DNA of 64,000 nt from a virus (Duplodnaviria > Caudoviricetes): positions 2,016-66,015 of the IMG/VR virus record IMGVR_UViG_3300043449_000843. One strand, written 5' to 3'. The notes under the pieces were generated by a model. The model made no database searches. It had not been told where the DNA came from and was given only the letters and a program-made list of their open reading frames with translations. Positions 18,544 through 29,100 of this stretch are shown here, piece after piece (position 1 is the first letter of the stretch; the number at the start of each line of letters is the position of its first letter). The position numbers and the translations under genes were made by a program.

Positions 18544-18746
18544 TACTTCTTAGTAGTAGCCTTAGCTTCCTTGCGAGCATTCTTCTCAGCAGTAATCTCA
18601 TTACGGCGGAGCTTAATAGCCTTAGTCATCTCACCGAGAGCCTTACGAGCTCTAGTACCAGCGGCGGCATTTCCCTTCTGGAACTTTTCGTCCTCGGCTT
18701 GCCATGCTGCAAAATGCTCGGAAATTAAATTAACTGTATCACTCAT
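18543..18746 (-). CDS. Histone H1-like Hc1-family DNA-binding protein
   Basis: EKFQKGNAAAGTRARKALGEMTKAIKLRRNEI matches the Hc1-type KF..GNKAAGTRARK motif. Confidence 0.75.
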   Translation of the reverse strand: MSDTVNLISEHFAAWQAEDEKFQKGNAAAGTRARKALGEMTKAIKLRRNEITAEKNARKEAKATTKK

Positions 18747-18981
18747 TACTTTCACCTTTCTTTTTAGAATATTTCTCGTTACGTTGTTCTAATATTTCAT
18801 AACGTCTATCACGTGCAAGTAGCCTTATTCTAGCTAAAGCATTTCTTGCAGCAATCGACGCATGATCTACTCGTCTAGTCTCCCATGCTTCACTAGCATT
18901 GAAATATTTGATCATTTCAATTATTAGTAAATCATGCAAATCACCTTCGATAGTAGTTATGTACTTTACATCTTTAACCAT
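18739..18981 (-). CDS. Diverged Hc1-like paralog
   Basis: YFNASEAWE...ASIAARNALARIRLLARDRRYEI aligns by eye with the adjacent Hc1-like protein. Confidence 0.55.
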   Translation of the reverse strand: MVKDVKYITTIEGDLHDLLIIEMIKYFNASEAWETRRVDHASIAARNALARIRLLARDRRYEILEQRNEKYSKKKGESNE

Positions 18982-18991
18982 TGCTTTTTGA

Positions 18992-20773
18992 CTACTCTAC
19001 AACGTCTATGTCGTTAGCATAAGATGTAAATCCGTTTTCTTTAATGACTTTTAACACGTTATTAACTCTGCCCACAAGCTCATCCTTGTGAGATATAAGG
19101 TATATATTCTTTGCGCGGTCTCTAGCCATGCGTTTTAGGATGGATAGCGCATTTTCTACACCAGCTGAGTCAAGTCCGTTATCGATTAATTCGTCAACAA
19201 ACAACAAATTAATAGGATGGTATAGATTTTCCCAAATATCTCGAAATGCCCAACTCATGCTTAATATAAGTCTGTTACGCTCACCTCGTGAAAGATTATC
19301 AAAGTCTAAGTCCTGTCCTAATTGTGTAATTTCTACAGTAAGATCATTTTGAAATGTTACTTGATGTGGTAATCCAGTTTTATCAAGATAATACGTTAGA
19401 CGCTGGTTAAGATAACTTAGATTTTGATCAATAATCTTTTTACGAATAAAAGAATCTTTGTTTGTAAGTAGTTTAAGCAGAAATTCTTGGTGATCTTTAA
19501 GACTAGTTAAGGTATTAATTGGTTCCCAATCAATCTCCTGTATAACAGTATTTTCAAGCTCAGTAATCTGCTCTTGATAAGGGTCAACAGTTTCATTCAT
19601 TTCTAAAACTTTTGCCACAAGATTATCAAGGTTGTTTTTATGATCGTAAGCATCTTCTACGTGATCATAAAAGGTATCTGGCCTCTTATTAATCTCTCCA
19701 ATATTATCTAACAACTTGTTAATTTCAACAATTTTCTTATCAATATCGTTGTAATATTTTTTGTTGTCTTTTAGCTCTTTATTGAGCTTTGTAAGCATTT
19801 CGTCTTTTTTATCATCATGCAGCTTTTGCCCACAGGCGTGACAGTTATGATCTTTTAGCTGTAAAAGATCCTTCTCAATCTTATCAATCAATTTCTGTGA
19901 CTGTGCAGCAGAATTTTCAAGCGTAATCTTCTCCTTTGTTAAGGACTTAATATTGTCGTTTGTTTCTAGCCACAGTTTTAGAGCCTTGTGATTTTCAAGC
20001 TCATGCTCAATATTAATTTCACGTAGTTTTTTAATTCCTTCGTAGAGATTATCACATTCTTCTTTTTTCTTCTTGTACCAAGCAGACTTCTTGAGATGCA
20101 AGCTCTCTATTGTACTTTTAATTCGCTCATTGCTTGCTTTGATAGCTTCAATATTAGCATTCTCTTGAGTAATAGTATCCTTAGTGAGTTTAATTTGCTC
20201 CTTAAGAGCTTCAGCCTTTTCACTCAAGAGTGTGATGCCTAGCAGTTGCTCAATAACTTCTCGCTGGTCATTGGCTTTCAAACTCAAGAAAGGTTCTGTA
20301 TAGGTATTAAGAGCAACAATATGTTTGAACATAGTGTGCGTCATACCTATTAACTCATTAATTGCTTCTTGTGTTTTACGGCTGTCGCCCTGACTTTCGT
20401 CAATGTCATCGCTTTGCTGTTCACAATCATTAATATAAAACTTTAGAATGTTAGGCTTACGACCACGCTCAATGCGATAGTTAGTGCCGTTAACTTCAAA
20501 GTTAACAGTAACTAACATATTCTTTTTATTAATATTGTTGATTAGATTGTCTTTTTTAATATTAGTGAGAGCTTGTCCAAAAATACTGTAACTAAGTGCA
20601 TTTACTATAGTAGTTTTTCCTGTACCATTTCTAGAGCCACTGTCGTCACCTCCTTGATCTAGGTTCTCACCTAAAACAAGAGTCATTTGCTCTTGCTCAA
20701 AGTCAACACCTTGCGAAACGTTACCTACGCTCATAAAGTTTTTTACTGTTAAGTTTTTAATTCTTATTTTCAT
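18992..20773 (-). CDS. Recombination endonuclease ATPase subunit (gp46/SbcC/Rad50-like)
   Basis: Walker A NGTGKTT, CHACGQ zinc hook, LSRGE signature, FVDELID Walker B and ISH motifs. Confidence 0.95.
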   Translation of the reverse strand: MKIRIKNLTVKNFMSVGNVSQGVDFEQEQMTLVLGENLDQGGDDSGSRNGTGKTTIVNALSYSIFGQALTNIKKDNLINNINKKNMLVTVNFEVNGTNYRIERGRKPNILKFYINDCEQQSDDIDESQGDSRKTQEAINELIGMTHTMFKHIVALNTYTEPFLSLKANDQREVIEQLLGITLLSEKAEALKEQIKLTKDTITQENANIEAIKASNERIKSTIESLHLKKSAWYKKKKEECDNLYEGIKKLREINIEHELENHKALKLWLETNDNIKSLTKEKITLENSAAQSQKLIDKIEKDLLQLKDHNCHACGQKLHDDKKDEMLTKLNKELKDNKKYYNDIDKKIVEINKLLDNIGEINKRPDTFYDHVEDAYDHKNNLDNLVAKVLEMNETVDPYQEQITELENTVIQEIDWEPINTLTSLKDHQEFLLKLLTNKDSFIRKKIIDQNLSYLNQRLTYYLDKTGLPHQVTFQNDLTVEITQLGQDLDFDNLSRGERNRLILSMSWAFRDIWENLYHPINLLFVDELIDNGLDSAGVENALSILKRMARDRAKNIYLISHKDELVGRVNNVLKVIKENGFTSYANDIDVVE

Positions 20774-21780
20774 AGGTTGTTATAAATCTCTAGCAATACT
20801 TTACTATTATAGTTGTCGCTTTCAATGTTTACAATCTGATTTGTAACAATTTGGTCTACACTTTCAAAGTTACTAATTTCAATTGTAGAGCTTCCTTCTA
20901 GGTCACGCTTTTCTGGAACTAAGGTACATTCTCTAATATCGTAATTGTTCATTACAGTTTCTTTGATAAAGTTAGCTTCCTCAAAACTAATGTCGATATC
21001 AAGTGCAACACGTAGGTGCATTTTAGGCTTCAACATGGTATCCATGTTATCTATTAATTGACTGAGCTTTACAGTCCTATAAGTTGGCATTTTTGGCCAA
21101 TTGTAATATTGCGGTCTCCCGCCCCACTCTAAAATCATCATTCCACGTTCGTCATCACCTGCGTCGGCATAGTTATGAGGAAAAGCATTACCTATGTAAT
21201 GAACGTTATCTCTATTTTGTCTGTGATGGAAATGTCCAGAAAATACGTATTCGTTATTTTTAAGACTGTCTGTTTGTAATTCTCCATGATCGGGCATCTG
21301 AACCATAGCGTTCATATAAAACAGCGGTAGTTCAAAGTGCCCAAACATGTAGCGGCTTTTTACTTTAGATAAACGTTTCCATTCATCTCCAATAAGCCAA
21401 GGAACTAGTGCTACTTCGTCTATTACAGTTGGTTCAGTAATCATCTGAACTCCTGGAATATGTCTACCAAACGCTACTGAAGTAATATCTCTTCGGTCCT
21501 TGTAATAGAGATCATGATTACCAGGAAAGAAAATGAAGTTATCAAATGCTGATCCCAGTTTTTCTAACGCAGACAAACCAGCGTTCATGGTAGTAATGTT
21601 GATTGTGTTTCGATTGTGGTTCCAATCGCCGCAAAAAATAGCAGTATCACAATTTTCTTTTTTAGCTGTTTCTATAAACCAGTCTACAAATTCCTCACAG
21701 TCATCATTATGGACCTTTGAGTTACTCTTCAGTCCAAAATGAATGTCTGTAAAAGCAGCAATTTTATTGAATAGTCCCAT
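20770..21780 (-). CDS. Recombination endonuclease nuclease subunit (gp47/SbcD/Mre11-like)
   Basis: DIHFG, GD, GNHD, GHFE and SGHFH metallophosphoesterase motifs. Confidence 0.95.
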   Translation of the reverse strand: MGLFNKIAAFTDIHFGLKSNSKVHNDDCEEFVDWFIETAKKENCDTAIFCGDWNHNRNTINITTMNAGLSALEKLGSAFDNFIFFPGNHDLYYKDRRDITSVAFGRHIPGVQMITEPTVIDEVALVPWLIGDEWKRLSKVKSRYMFGHFELPLFYMNAMVQMPDHGELQTDSLKNNEYVFSGHFHHRQNRDNVHYIGNAFPHNYADAGDDERGMMILEWGGRPQYYNWPKMPTYRTVKLSQLIDNMDTMLKPKMHLRVALDIDISFEEANFIKETVMNNYDIRECTLVPEKRDLEGSSTIEISNFESVDQIVTNQIVNIESDNYNSKVLLEIYNNL

Positions 21781-21785
21781 AGCTT

Positions 21786-21814
21786 ATTCTAACAAAAACG
21801 ATAGGCTAAATCAA
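21786..21814 (-). promoter_or_regulatory. Sigma70-type promoter for the gp47-like gene (leaderless)
   Basis: The minus strand reads TTGATT-N17-TAGAAT with an extended -10 TG; the ATG lies 5 nt downstream and has no SD. Confidence 0.55.
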
Positions 21815-22638
21815 TCTTTCTTTTCTTTATAACGTTCTGTTGCTTGCTGCCACTCGTGATTGCTTTGTCTAGTGTAGCTGGGATTAAAGTTGTTCATTTC
21901 GAGAATATCATCTCTAATGTTCTGATTCTTCTTTTCTATGTTAATAACTCGAACAAAACTATTAGTAACAGCAGCAGTATAATAGGCAAAAGGGTTATTA
22001 GACTTTGACTCATCGAATTGCAATCCTATCTGTGTTAGTTGTAAAATTGCTTGACCACGCATTTCATCGTTGTAAGTGTATCCTCGAACATTACTTCTAG
22101 TAGCATAACGTTCACAAAGTTTCATAAACATACGTGCTAGTTTGTCTGTAAACTTGCCATGTTCTTTATTAAAGTATCCATTCTCCATGCCTCCTATCCA
22201 ATGACTCTTGCCTACACAAATTAACTCACCGTTGTCGTCAAACTTCCAATGTTGAAAGGGAGGAAAGTTTACTTTCTCATGTGCATCTGCTCTAGTTTTT
22301 GTTTTCTTTTTACGGCCAGGGGCTAAGGGAATGTGATCAAAAGTCATAATACGAAATACTACATCAGTTTTATCTATTTTACGATAGTCGATCTCACACT
22401 CACTTAATTTTACTTTTTTATCGCCTGCTATTTTTTTCTGTTCAAATGATTCGACGGTTAATTTTTTGGCTTTATTTTTCTTTGCTTCTGCTATAGTTCT
22501 TATGTTAATCTTTTCTAAGCTAGGAAGTATTAGATCATATTCACTGTATGAAGGATCTATAAAACTACAATAGGATAATTTACTTTTATGTATTTCTAAT
22601 AATAAATCTTTGTTATTTAGATAATTTACTTTTGCCAT
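21811..22638 (-). CDS. Late transcription sigma factor (T4 gp55-like)
   Basis: YLNNKDLL.EI, RGYTYNDEM, FDESKSNNPFAYYT and RVINIEKK motifs; adjacent to gp47/gp46 as in T4-like phages. Confidence 0.85.
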   Translation of the reverse strand: MAKVNYLNNKDLLLEIHKSKLSYCSFIDPSYSEYDLILPSLEKINIRTIAEAKKNKAKKLTVESFEQKKIAGDKKVKLSECEIDYRKIDKTDVVFRIMTFDHIPLAPGRKKKTKTRADAHEKVNFPPFQHWKFDDNGELICVGKSHWIGGMENGYFNKEHGKFTDKLARMFMKLCERYATRSNVRGYTYNDEMRGQAILQLTQIGLQFDESKSNNPFAYYTAAVTNSFVRVINIEKKNQNIRDDILEMNNFNPSYTRQSNHEWQQATERYKEKKD

Positions 22639-22655
22639 ATGAGATCTCCAAAAGT

Positions 22656-22694
22656 ATTATAATAAGACTACTTAATTATTGCAATAAATATTTA
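22656..22694. promoter_or_regulatory. Divergent control region: sigma70 promoter (minus) overlapping a late promoter (plus)
   Basis: Minus strand TTGCAA (22684-22679)-N17-TATAAT (22661-22656); plus strand AATAAATA at 22683-22690 within the palindrome TAAATATTTA. Confidence 0.65.
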
Positions 22695-22705
22695 AGGAGA
22701 ATCTT

Positions 22706-23599
22706 ATGCCTATTATTGGAAATACAGGAATAGCAACATTTGTTGCAAATGATGGAGTAACACAAACATTAGATGTTACAGGTCAAATTGTTAATGCTGT
22801 AGGAGATGCATTAGTTAATGGCTACGCTGGACCTTTTGTTTTTAGTACGGATCCAAATGTTCTAGCCAGTAATTGGAGATCTAACGGAATTCCTGCAGGT
22901 GCGACACCTACTTTTGAAACAGTTTCTGTTGCAGCACAATATTCAGTTCCACCAAATGAAAAAGATTGGCGTGTTCGAATTTCTTGTGAGTTATTTACAT
23001 CCGGATCCGGCGGCGCCGGCGCAGGTGGAACAAATAATGTATTAGCTCCTTTATCAGCAACTAATGGATTAATATTTCCATATTTGCCTCAGATAACAAT
23101 GAGTCATTCTGCAAATTATGCACAGATGGATATAGCTCATATTAATCATCCATTCTTTGCTTATAAAAATAGCCAAGTAGACGAAATAGCAATTACTGGA
23201 AAATTTACAGTTCAGACACAAACAGAAGCACAATATTGGTTAGCTGCGGTACATTTCTTAAAAACAATTACTAAATCGTTCTTTGGTACAGGTGAAAACT
23301 TAGGTAATCCACCACCGATCTGTAAACTAAACGGATATGGCGATTTTGTCTATAACGAAGTACCTGTTATTGTAAAAAATTTTACAGTAACAATGCCTAA
23401 TGACGTAGATTATATTGCATCTAGTGTTGGTGGTGGCCAAGGAACAGCAGGAGCAAATGTAACTTATGTACCTGTATCATCAGATATATCAGTATCGGTA
23501 CAACCTGTTTATAGTAGAACTGAATCAAAAACATTTGACTTAAACAAGTTTGCTTCGGGTGAAATGTTAAAAACACAAAGCGGATCAGGATGGATTTAA
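22706..23599 (+). CDS. Baseplate/tail tube initiator-like protein (gp48/gp54-like)
   Basis: GLIFPYLPQI and GNPPPICKLNGYG...VPVIVKNF motifs of tube-fold baseplate proteins; first gene of the baseplate operon. Confidence 0.6.
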   Translation: MPIIGNTGIATFVANDGVTQTLDVTGQIVNAVGDALVNGYAGPFVFSTDPNVLASNWRSNGIPAGATPTFETVSVAAQYSVPPNEKDWRVRISCELFTSGSGGAGAGGTNNVLAPLSATNGLIFPYLPQITMSHSANYAQMDIAHINHPFFAYKNSQVDEIAITGKFTVQTQTEAQYWLAAVHFLKTITKSFFGTGENLGNPPPICKLNGYGDFVYNEVPVIVKNFTVTMPNDVDYIASSVGGGQGTAGANVTYVPVSSDISVSVQPVYSRTESKTFDLNKFASGEMLKTQSGSGWI

Positions 23600-23904
23600 T
23601 GGCAAAAGCAAAATATGCATCATACAGTCTCTACAATCAAACACCACAAAAAGCAGATTACTTAGATATTTGGGTACCTAGGATAATACCTGCAGATCCA
23701 GACGATTATGATTATCAAATACAACCCCAATATACATATAGACCAGACTTATTAGCTTATGATTTATATGGAACATCTAGACTATGGTGGGTTTTTATGC
23801 AAAGAAATGTTGATGTTATCTTTGATCCTGTATATGATTTCCGTGCAGGAGTTATTATCAAGTTACCCAAAAAAGGTAATCTTTTAAGATTATTAGGATT
23901 ATAA
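23599..23904 (+). CDS. Baseplate wedge protein (gp53-like, LysM-like)
   Basis: YRPDLLAYDLYGTSRLWWVF motif. Confidence 0.8.
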   Translation: MAKAKYASYSLYNQTPQKADYLDIWVPRIIPADPDDYDYQIQPQYTYRPDLLAYDLYGTSRLWWVFMQRNVDVIFDPVYDFRAGVIIKLPKKGNLLRLLGL

Positions 23905-23905
23905 T

Positions 23906-26173
23906 ATGGCTAACCCGTTAACACAAAGTACTCAAGATATTTCTAAAATGCAAGCTCAAGGATTTAATCCTTTAGACGATTTTCAAACGTTTAATAATTT
24001 GTTTACACTTGCAGGATGCACAAAAGCTCAAATTCAAGGAAATATTTCAAAGCCGAGTATTGAAAATATAGTCTGTCGTTCTCAAAGTATTGGACCCGAC
24101 GGAGGATTTGATTCTGGATTTGGAAAATTTGATTATTTTATAGATGACGTAATTATTGCCACTACACCTAGGCCTAGTAAACAAACTGCAAATACATTTG
24201 CAACTAAAATAAGTTTTAAAGTTTTTGAACCATATAGTATGGGCTTGTTTATGATGTCAATGCGAGAAGCAGCAACTCGTGCAGGCTATGAATTAAACTT
24301 TAAAGAAGCTCCTTTTATTTTTATGATAGAATGGATAGGGTATAAAGACAGTAAGCCAGGAAAGCCTGACGAAAAGTTAACTAGAATACTACCTATTAAG
24401 ATCACACAAATGAAATTTAAAGTTGGCACAACAGGTTCAACATATGATATAGAAGCTATTCCATATAATGAATTTGCTTTTAGAGATCAAGTTGTTAAGA
24501 ACGTAAGTGATATACAAATTTCTGGAAAAAGTGTAGAGGAAATGTTAATTAAGGGTCCTCAGAGTTTATTCAGTCAATTAGAAATACGTTATAAAGAAGC
24601 AAAAGAAAAATACAATCATGAGTTTGATCAAATTCTAATATCATTTCCTAAAGACTTTACTGCAACAGGAGGAGTAGAAAATGATATTAGTAAGGCTTTT
24701 ATCTATGAGGATTTTAATAATTCAGGATCACAACCTTTTCCAAATTTAAATGATCCTAATGTCTTTGACCAAGAAAAGCAAATATATAAGTCTGCACCAT
24801 TTAAGTTAGAAGCAGATCGTGCATGGCATTTTACACAAGAAATATCAATCCCCGATATTATAAATGAAGTAATTATTCGTAGTAGATATATTACAGATCA
24901 GTTTACTAAAGACAATCAATTAAAAACAGATGAATACGGAATGGTAAAATGGTTTAGAATTGAAACAAGAATTACTGACGGAGAGGATGTACCGGAGCTA
25001 GGACGACATAAACGACTTATTACTTACAGGGTACTTCCATATAAAGTACATTGTCATAGATTTCTCCCGCCTGGTAAAAAGCCAAATGTTGGATTTGAAA
25101 AATTAAAAAATTCTGTTGCTAGAGTTTATGATTACATTTATACAGGTAAAAATACAGAAATATTAAACTTAGAACTTAATTTTGATATGGCATTTTTTAC
25201 GGTTGTTCCGGCTGACGTAGCAACAAACCCAGGACAATCAAATGCTGGGCAAAAAGGTATCACGGCTGGTAGTCAAGAACCTGATCAGGTAATTAACCCA
25301 GGTATAAGACCGCTACCAACAATGGCTACTGGACAACTATTGCCAGCTAATGCAATGGATGTTATGAATTCTTTAACAACACGTTCAACAGGACAACAAG
25401 CACAAAACCAGCAGGATAAAAAATTAGAAGAAAAAGCTGAAATGTTAGCAGTTCAAACACCTGTAGGACAGAGAGCTGCACAATATGTTCCTCCAGGCGG
25501 CGGCGGCACAGATACTAGGGACACATCAAAAGTTCGAACTATGCAAATTCTGTTAACTAATCCTGGAGACATGGTTAATTTAAATATGGATATCATGGGA
25601 GATCCTTATTATATTCCAACGAGCGGAATGGGAAGTCAAGCAGTACAACCCAAAGGAGAACAAGAATTAGAAGATGGATCTATGAATTATCAAACAAGTG
25701 AAACTATAATTCTTGTTAATTTTAGAACTCCAACAGATTTTGATCCAAAAACAGGACTTTATAAATTTAGTCAAGGTATTGATATGTGGAGTGGATTGTA
25801 TCAACTTACAGATATAGAATCTAGATTTAATCAAAATAAGTTTACACAAACAATAAAAGGTTATCGTATAAGACAGCAGCTCGGAGGCGAAAATGCTGAT
25901 ACTATCTTTATTAAAGAACAGCAAAAACAGCAAAATGGACAAGGACAACCAAACGGAGGAGCAGGTGATCAACAACAGCAGGGTGATCAACAAGGTGCTC
26001 CAGATGCTCAAGACGGTAGCACTCCTGTAAGTCCAGCACAGGATGCCGCCGCAGCACCGGATGTATCTCCAACTTCTTATCCTGTTCCAGGTGCACCATT
26101 AACAGGAGCAGGAGCAGTAGGACTAACTACAGTATTTGACGGACAGATGTTTCGTCAATATCCGAATCAATAA
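23906..26173 (+). CDS. Baseplate hub protein (gp27-like)
   Basis: Located between the gp53-like and gp5-like genes; has IMGDPYY and SGLYQLTDIESRFNQNKFTQTI C-terminal hub motifs and a Q/G-rich tail. Confidence 0.6.
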   Translation: MANPLTQSTQDISKMQAQGFNPLDDFQTFNNLFTLAGCTKAQIQGNISKPSIENIVCRSQSIGPDGGFDSGFGKFDYFIDDVIIATTPRPSKQTANTFATKISFKVFEPYSMGLFMMSMREAATRAGYELNFKEAPFIFMIEWIGYKDSKPGKPDEKLTRILPIKITQMKFKVGTTGSTYDIEAIPYNEFAFRDQVVKNVSDIQISGKSVEEMLIKGPQSLFSQLEIRYKEAKEKYNHEFDQILISFPKDFTATGGVENDISKAFIYEDFNNSGSQPFPNLNDPNVFDQEKQIYKSAPFKLEADRAWHFTQEISIPDIINEVIIRSRYITDQFTKDNQLKTDEYGMVKWFRIETRITDGEDVPELGRHKRLITYRVLPYKVHCHRFLPPGKKPNVGFEKLKNSVARVYDYIYTGKNTEILNLELNFDMAFFTVVPADVATNPGQSNAGQKGITAGSQEPDQVINPGIRPLPTMATGQLLPANAMDVMNSLTTRSTGQQAQNQQDKKLEEKAEMLAVQTPVGQRAAQYVPPGGGGTDTRDTSKVRTMQILLTNPGDMVNLNMDIMGDPYYIPTSGMGSQAVQPKGEQELEDGSMNYQTSETIILVNFRTPTDFDPKTGLYKFSQGIDMWSGLYQLTDIESRFNQNKFTQTIKGYRIRQQLGGENADTIFIKEQQKQQNGQGQPNGGAGDQQQQGDQQGAPDAQDGSTPVSPAQDAAAAPDVSPTSYPVPGAPLTGAGAVGLTTVFDGQMFRQYPNQ

Positions 26174-26187
26174 AGGTGATTTAGAAT

Positions 26188-29100
26188 ATGTCGATTGATA
26201 AAAGAGCAGATAATGTAATTAACAAATCGTTACTTCCTAACCCAGGTCCATATCTTGCAAAAATTGTTACTAATGTTGATCCTTTAAAGCAAGGTGCATT
26301 AGAAGTTGAATTATTAAGACCAATTGGTAATCAACCAGAAATGAATCAACAATTATTTGTAGTAAGATATCTGAGTCCTTTTTATGGCGTTACTAGTATA
26401 GATCATACAGCATCAGATGCAGCAGATTTTAATAATACACAAAAAAGTTATGGATTTTGGGCCGTGCCTCCTGATGTTGGTGTTACTGTTATGGTTATAT
26501 TTGTAGATAGTGATCCAGGACAAGGATTCTGGATAGGCTGCGTACAAGATGCACTAATGAACCATATGATTCCAGGTATTGCAGGAAGTGAGTATACTCA
26601 AGAACAAGTTAGATTTAATGATGACACCCAATGGGGTGACATGGAACAAACACAGTCGAGATATAATACAACTTTTTTACCAGTCGGCGAAGTTAATAGA
26701 AGACCATTTAAAGAAGGTAAAGCAACACCAGATCCTAATGTTGAATCTAACAAGAAACCAATTCATCCTATTGCAGAACATATACTAGAGCAAGGACTTA
26801 CTAACGATAGACATAGAGGTGTTTATACAAGTTCTGCAAGACGCGAAAGTCCTAGTAATGTTTATGGGTGGAGCACCCCAGGTCCTGTAGACAAGAGACA
26901 AAATGCTATTAAGGGAAAAGTAGGAAGAGCAAAAAATAAAATTGACAAATTTGTTAGTCGCATGGGCGGACATTGTATTATTATGGATGACGGTGATGAG
27001 CGTTTTTTACGTAAAACTAGACCCTGGGAAGGACCAGACGAATATGCTGATGTTGAGAATGGTGAAGAAGGGTTAGTTGATTGGCCTAGAGACGAGTCTT
27101 TTAGAATTAGGACTCGTAAAGGTGCTCAGATTCTTATGCATACATCGGAAGACTTCATTTATATTTGTAATTCTAGAGGTACCGCATGGATGGAGTTTAC
27201 CTCTAACGGTAAAATTCAGTTTTATGCTAAAGAAGGTGTACATATGGGATCTGGATCAGATATTCAGATGACATCAACACGACATATTACTCAACATGCC
27301 AATGGGCATCACATTGTATATTCTGTAGGTAATACTGTAGTTACTACAGAAGGTGATCACAGTTTAACAGCACGTGGTAGTACATTTCATCGTAGTGATA
27401 ATGATCATAGTCTTGTTGCTGCTAACCATTGTTATGTAGAAGGGCAGGCAGGACACCACATTAGAGGTGAAAATTTAAATTTCAGTGGAAATTCACATGA
27501 ATGGACAGTTGGTGGTGATTTCATGATGAACGTCCAAGGAAATTTTGAAATACGATCACAAAATACAATTATAGGTGCAGACCTTAATCTTCATTTAAAA
27601 GCAGGACAAGAAGCTAGAATAAAAGGTTTAGACGTTTTCATAAATGCTGGACAAGATGTATCGATAGCACCTTCACAAGATTTTAATGTACAAGCAGAAA
27701 ACAAGATATGTATGACATCAGCTGAGGACGCAAGTTTAAAGAGTGAAAAAGCGGGGATTAAACTTGATGCTAAAACTGGGCTTGATGTTAAAGTTGGAAA
27801 AGATATTAAGATCGGTGCTGAAGGGAAAATTGGTGTAGGAGCCGCCGGCGACATAATATTAAAATCAAAAGCAAATGTACATCTTAATGGACCAAATGCT
27901 GACCCGCCAGCTCCGGGACTTACAATGAATTATGATCCAAGTGATGCAGTTGAAGCAGATGAAGCTGCCGGCGCAGCAGCTCCGGCAGTTGCCGGTGGAG
28001 GAGTCTGTAGAGCAACAGAGGCACCATTAAGTGTTGCACCTAGAGTAGGGATATGTCTTAATAAATTAGTTCCAGTTAGTGAGCCTTTCCAACACGAATG
28101 CTCAGGACCTGTACAAACTAGCGCAAGAGCATTAGATTGTAGTGATCCTAGAACAGTAGCTCCGCCTCCATCACAAGGCGGCGGAGGTGGCGGCGGAGGC
28201 GGCGGCGGAGGTGGCGGCTACACTATTAGGTCGTTACCAGACGATGCAGCAAAAATTCCTTGGAGTCGCGGCGGCGGAGCTGATGGACAATTACATACAA
28301 CATATAAGCACACAGATCACGATTTGGTTAACACTCCTTATGTATCACCGCCATTAGAGGCAGATTATGCAAGAAAGCATCCAGCTGAATGGACTAAGGA
28401 TAAAGAGTTCCTTTCAAAGTGTGGCCAAATTGCTCAGAAATGCCAAGCTGAAATGCTTGATCTATTAACAATAATAGGACTAGAAACTGGTTTATCATTT
28501 GAGCCATCGTGTGGCAAAGAACATGGACGTATGGGTTTCTTCCAGTGGAACGACGATACAGCTGGTGAGATTGGAACATCTACTGGTGCTCTAAAACATA
28601 TGTCTAGAGTTCAACAGTTAGATTATTGTGACAAATGGTTGAAGAAATGGGGCTATCCTAAGGGGTTAGAGAAAATGTATCTGTCAGTTATGGCTCCAGC
28701 AGCAATGAACATAGCTGAAGGGCAAGAAATATATAAAATGGGAACAGATGAATGGCATGCAAACAAAACCTGGAGAGAAAAACCAAGTGGTAGAATTACT
28801 CTAAAAGGAGTTAGAGATTCATTAGCAAAGATCCGTGCAAGAGTTAAAGCTATGTTAGACTCATCTGGTATCGAAACAGGACCTCAACAAGAAAAAGCTG
28901 ATCAACAGAAAAAGCAAGCACAGCAACAAAATCCAACTGGAGATGTTTCAACAAATAATGCTACACCGAACCCAGGAACATCAACTTCTACACAAGCTAC
29001 AGGTAATATGCCTAAAGTAGTAACTTATGCTGGACAGCAATATTTTGATGCAAAAGCAGGTTTACCTACTCCACCAGCAGGATTCCAATGGGTAGGAACA

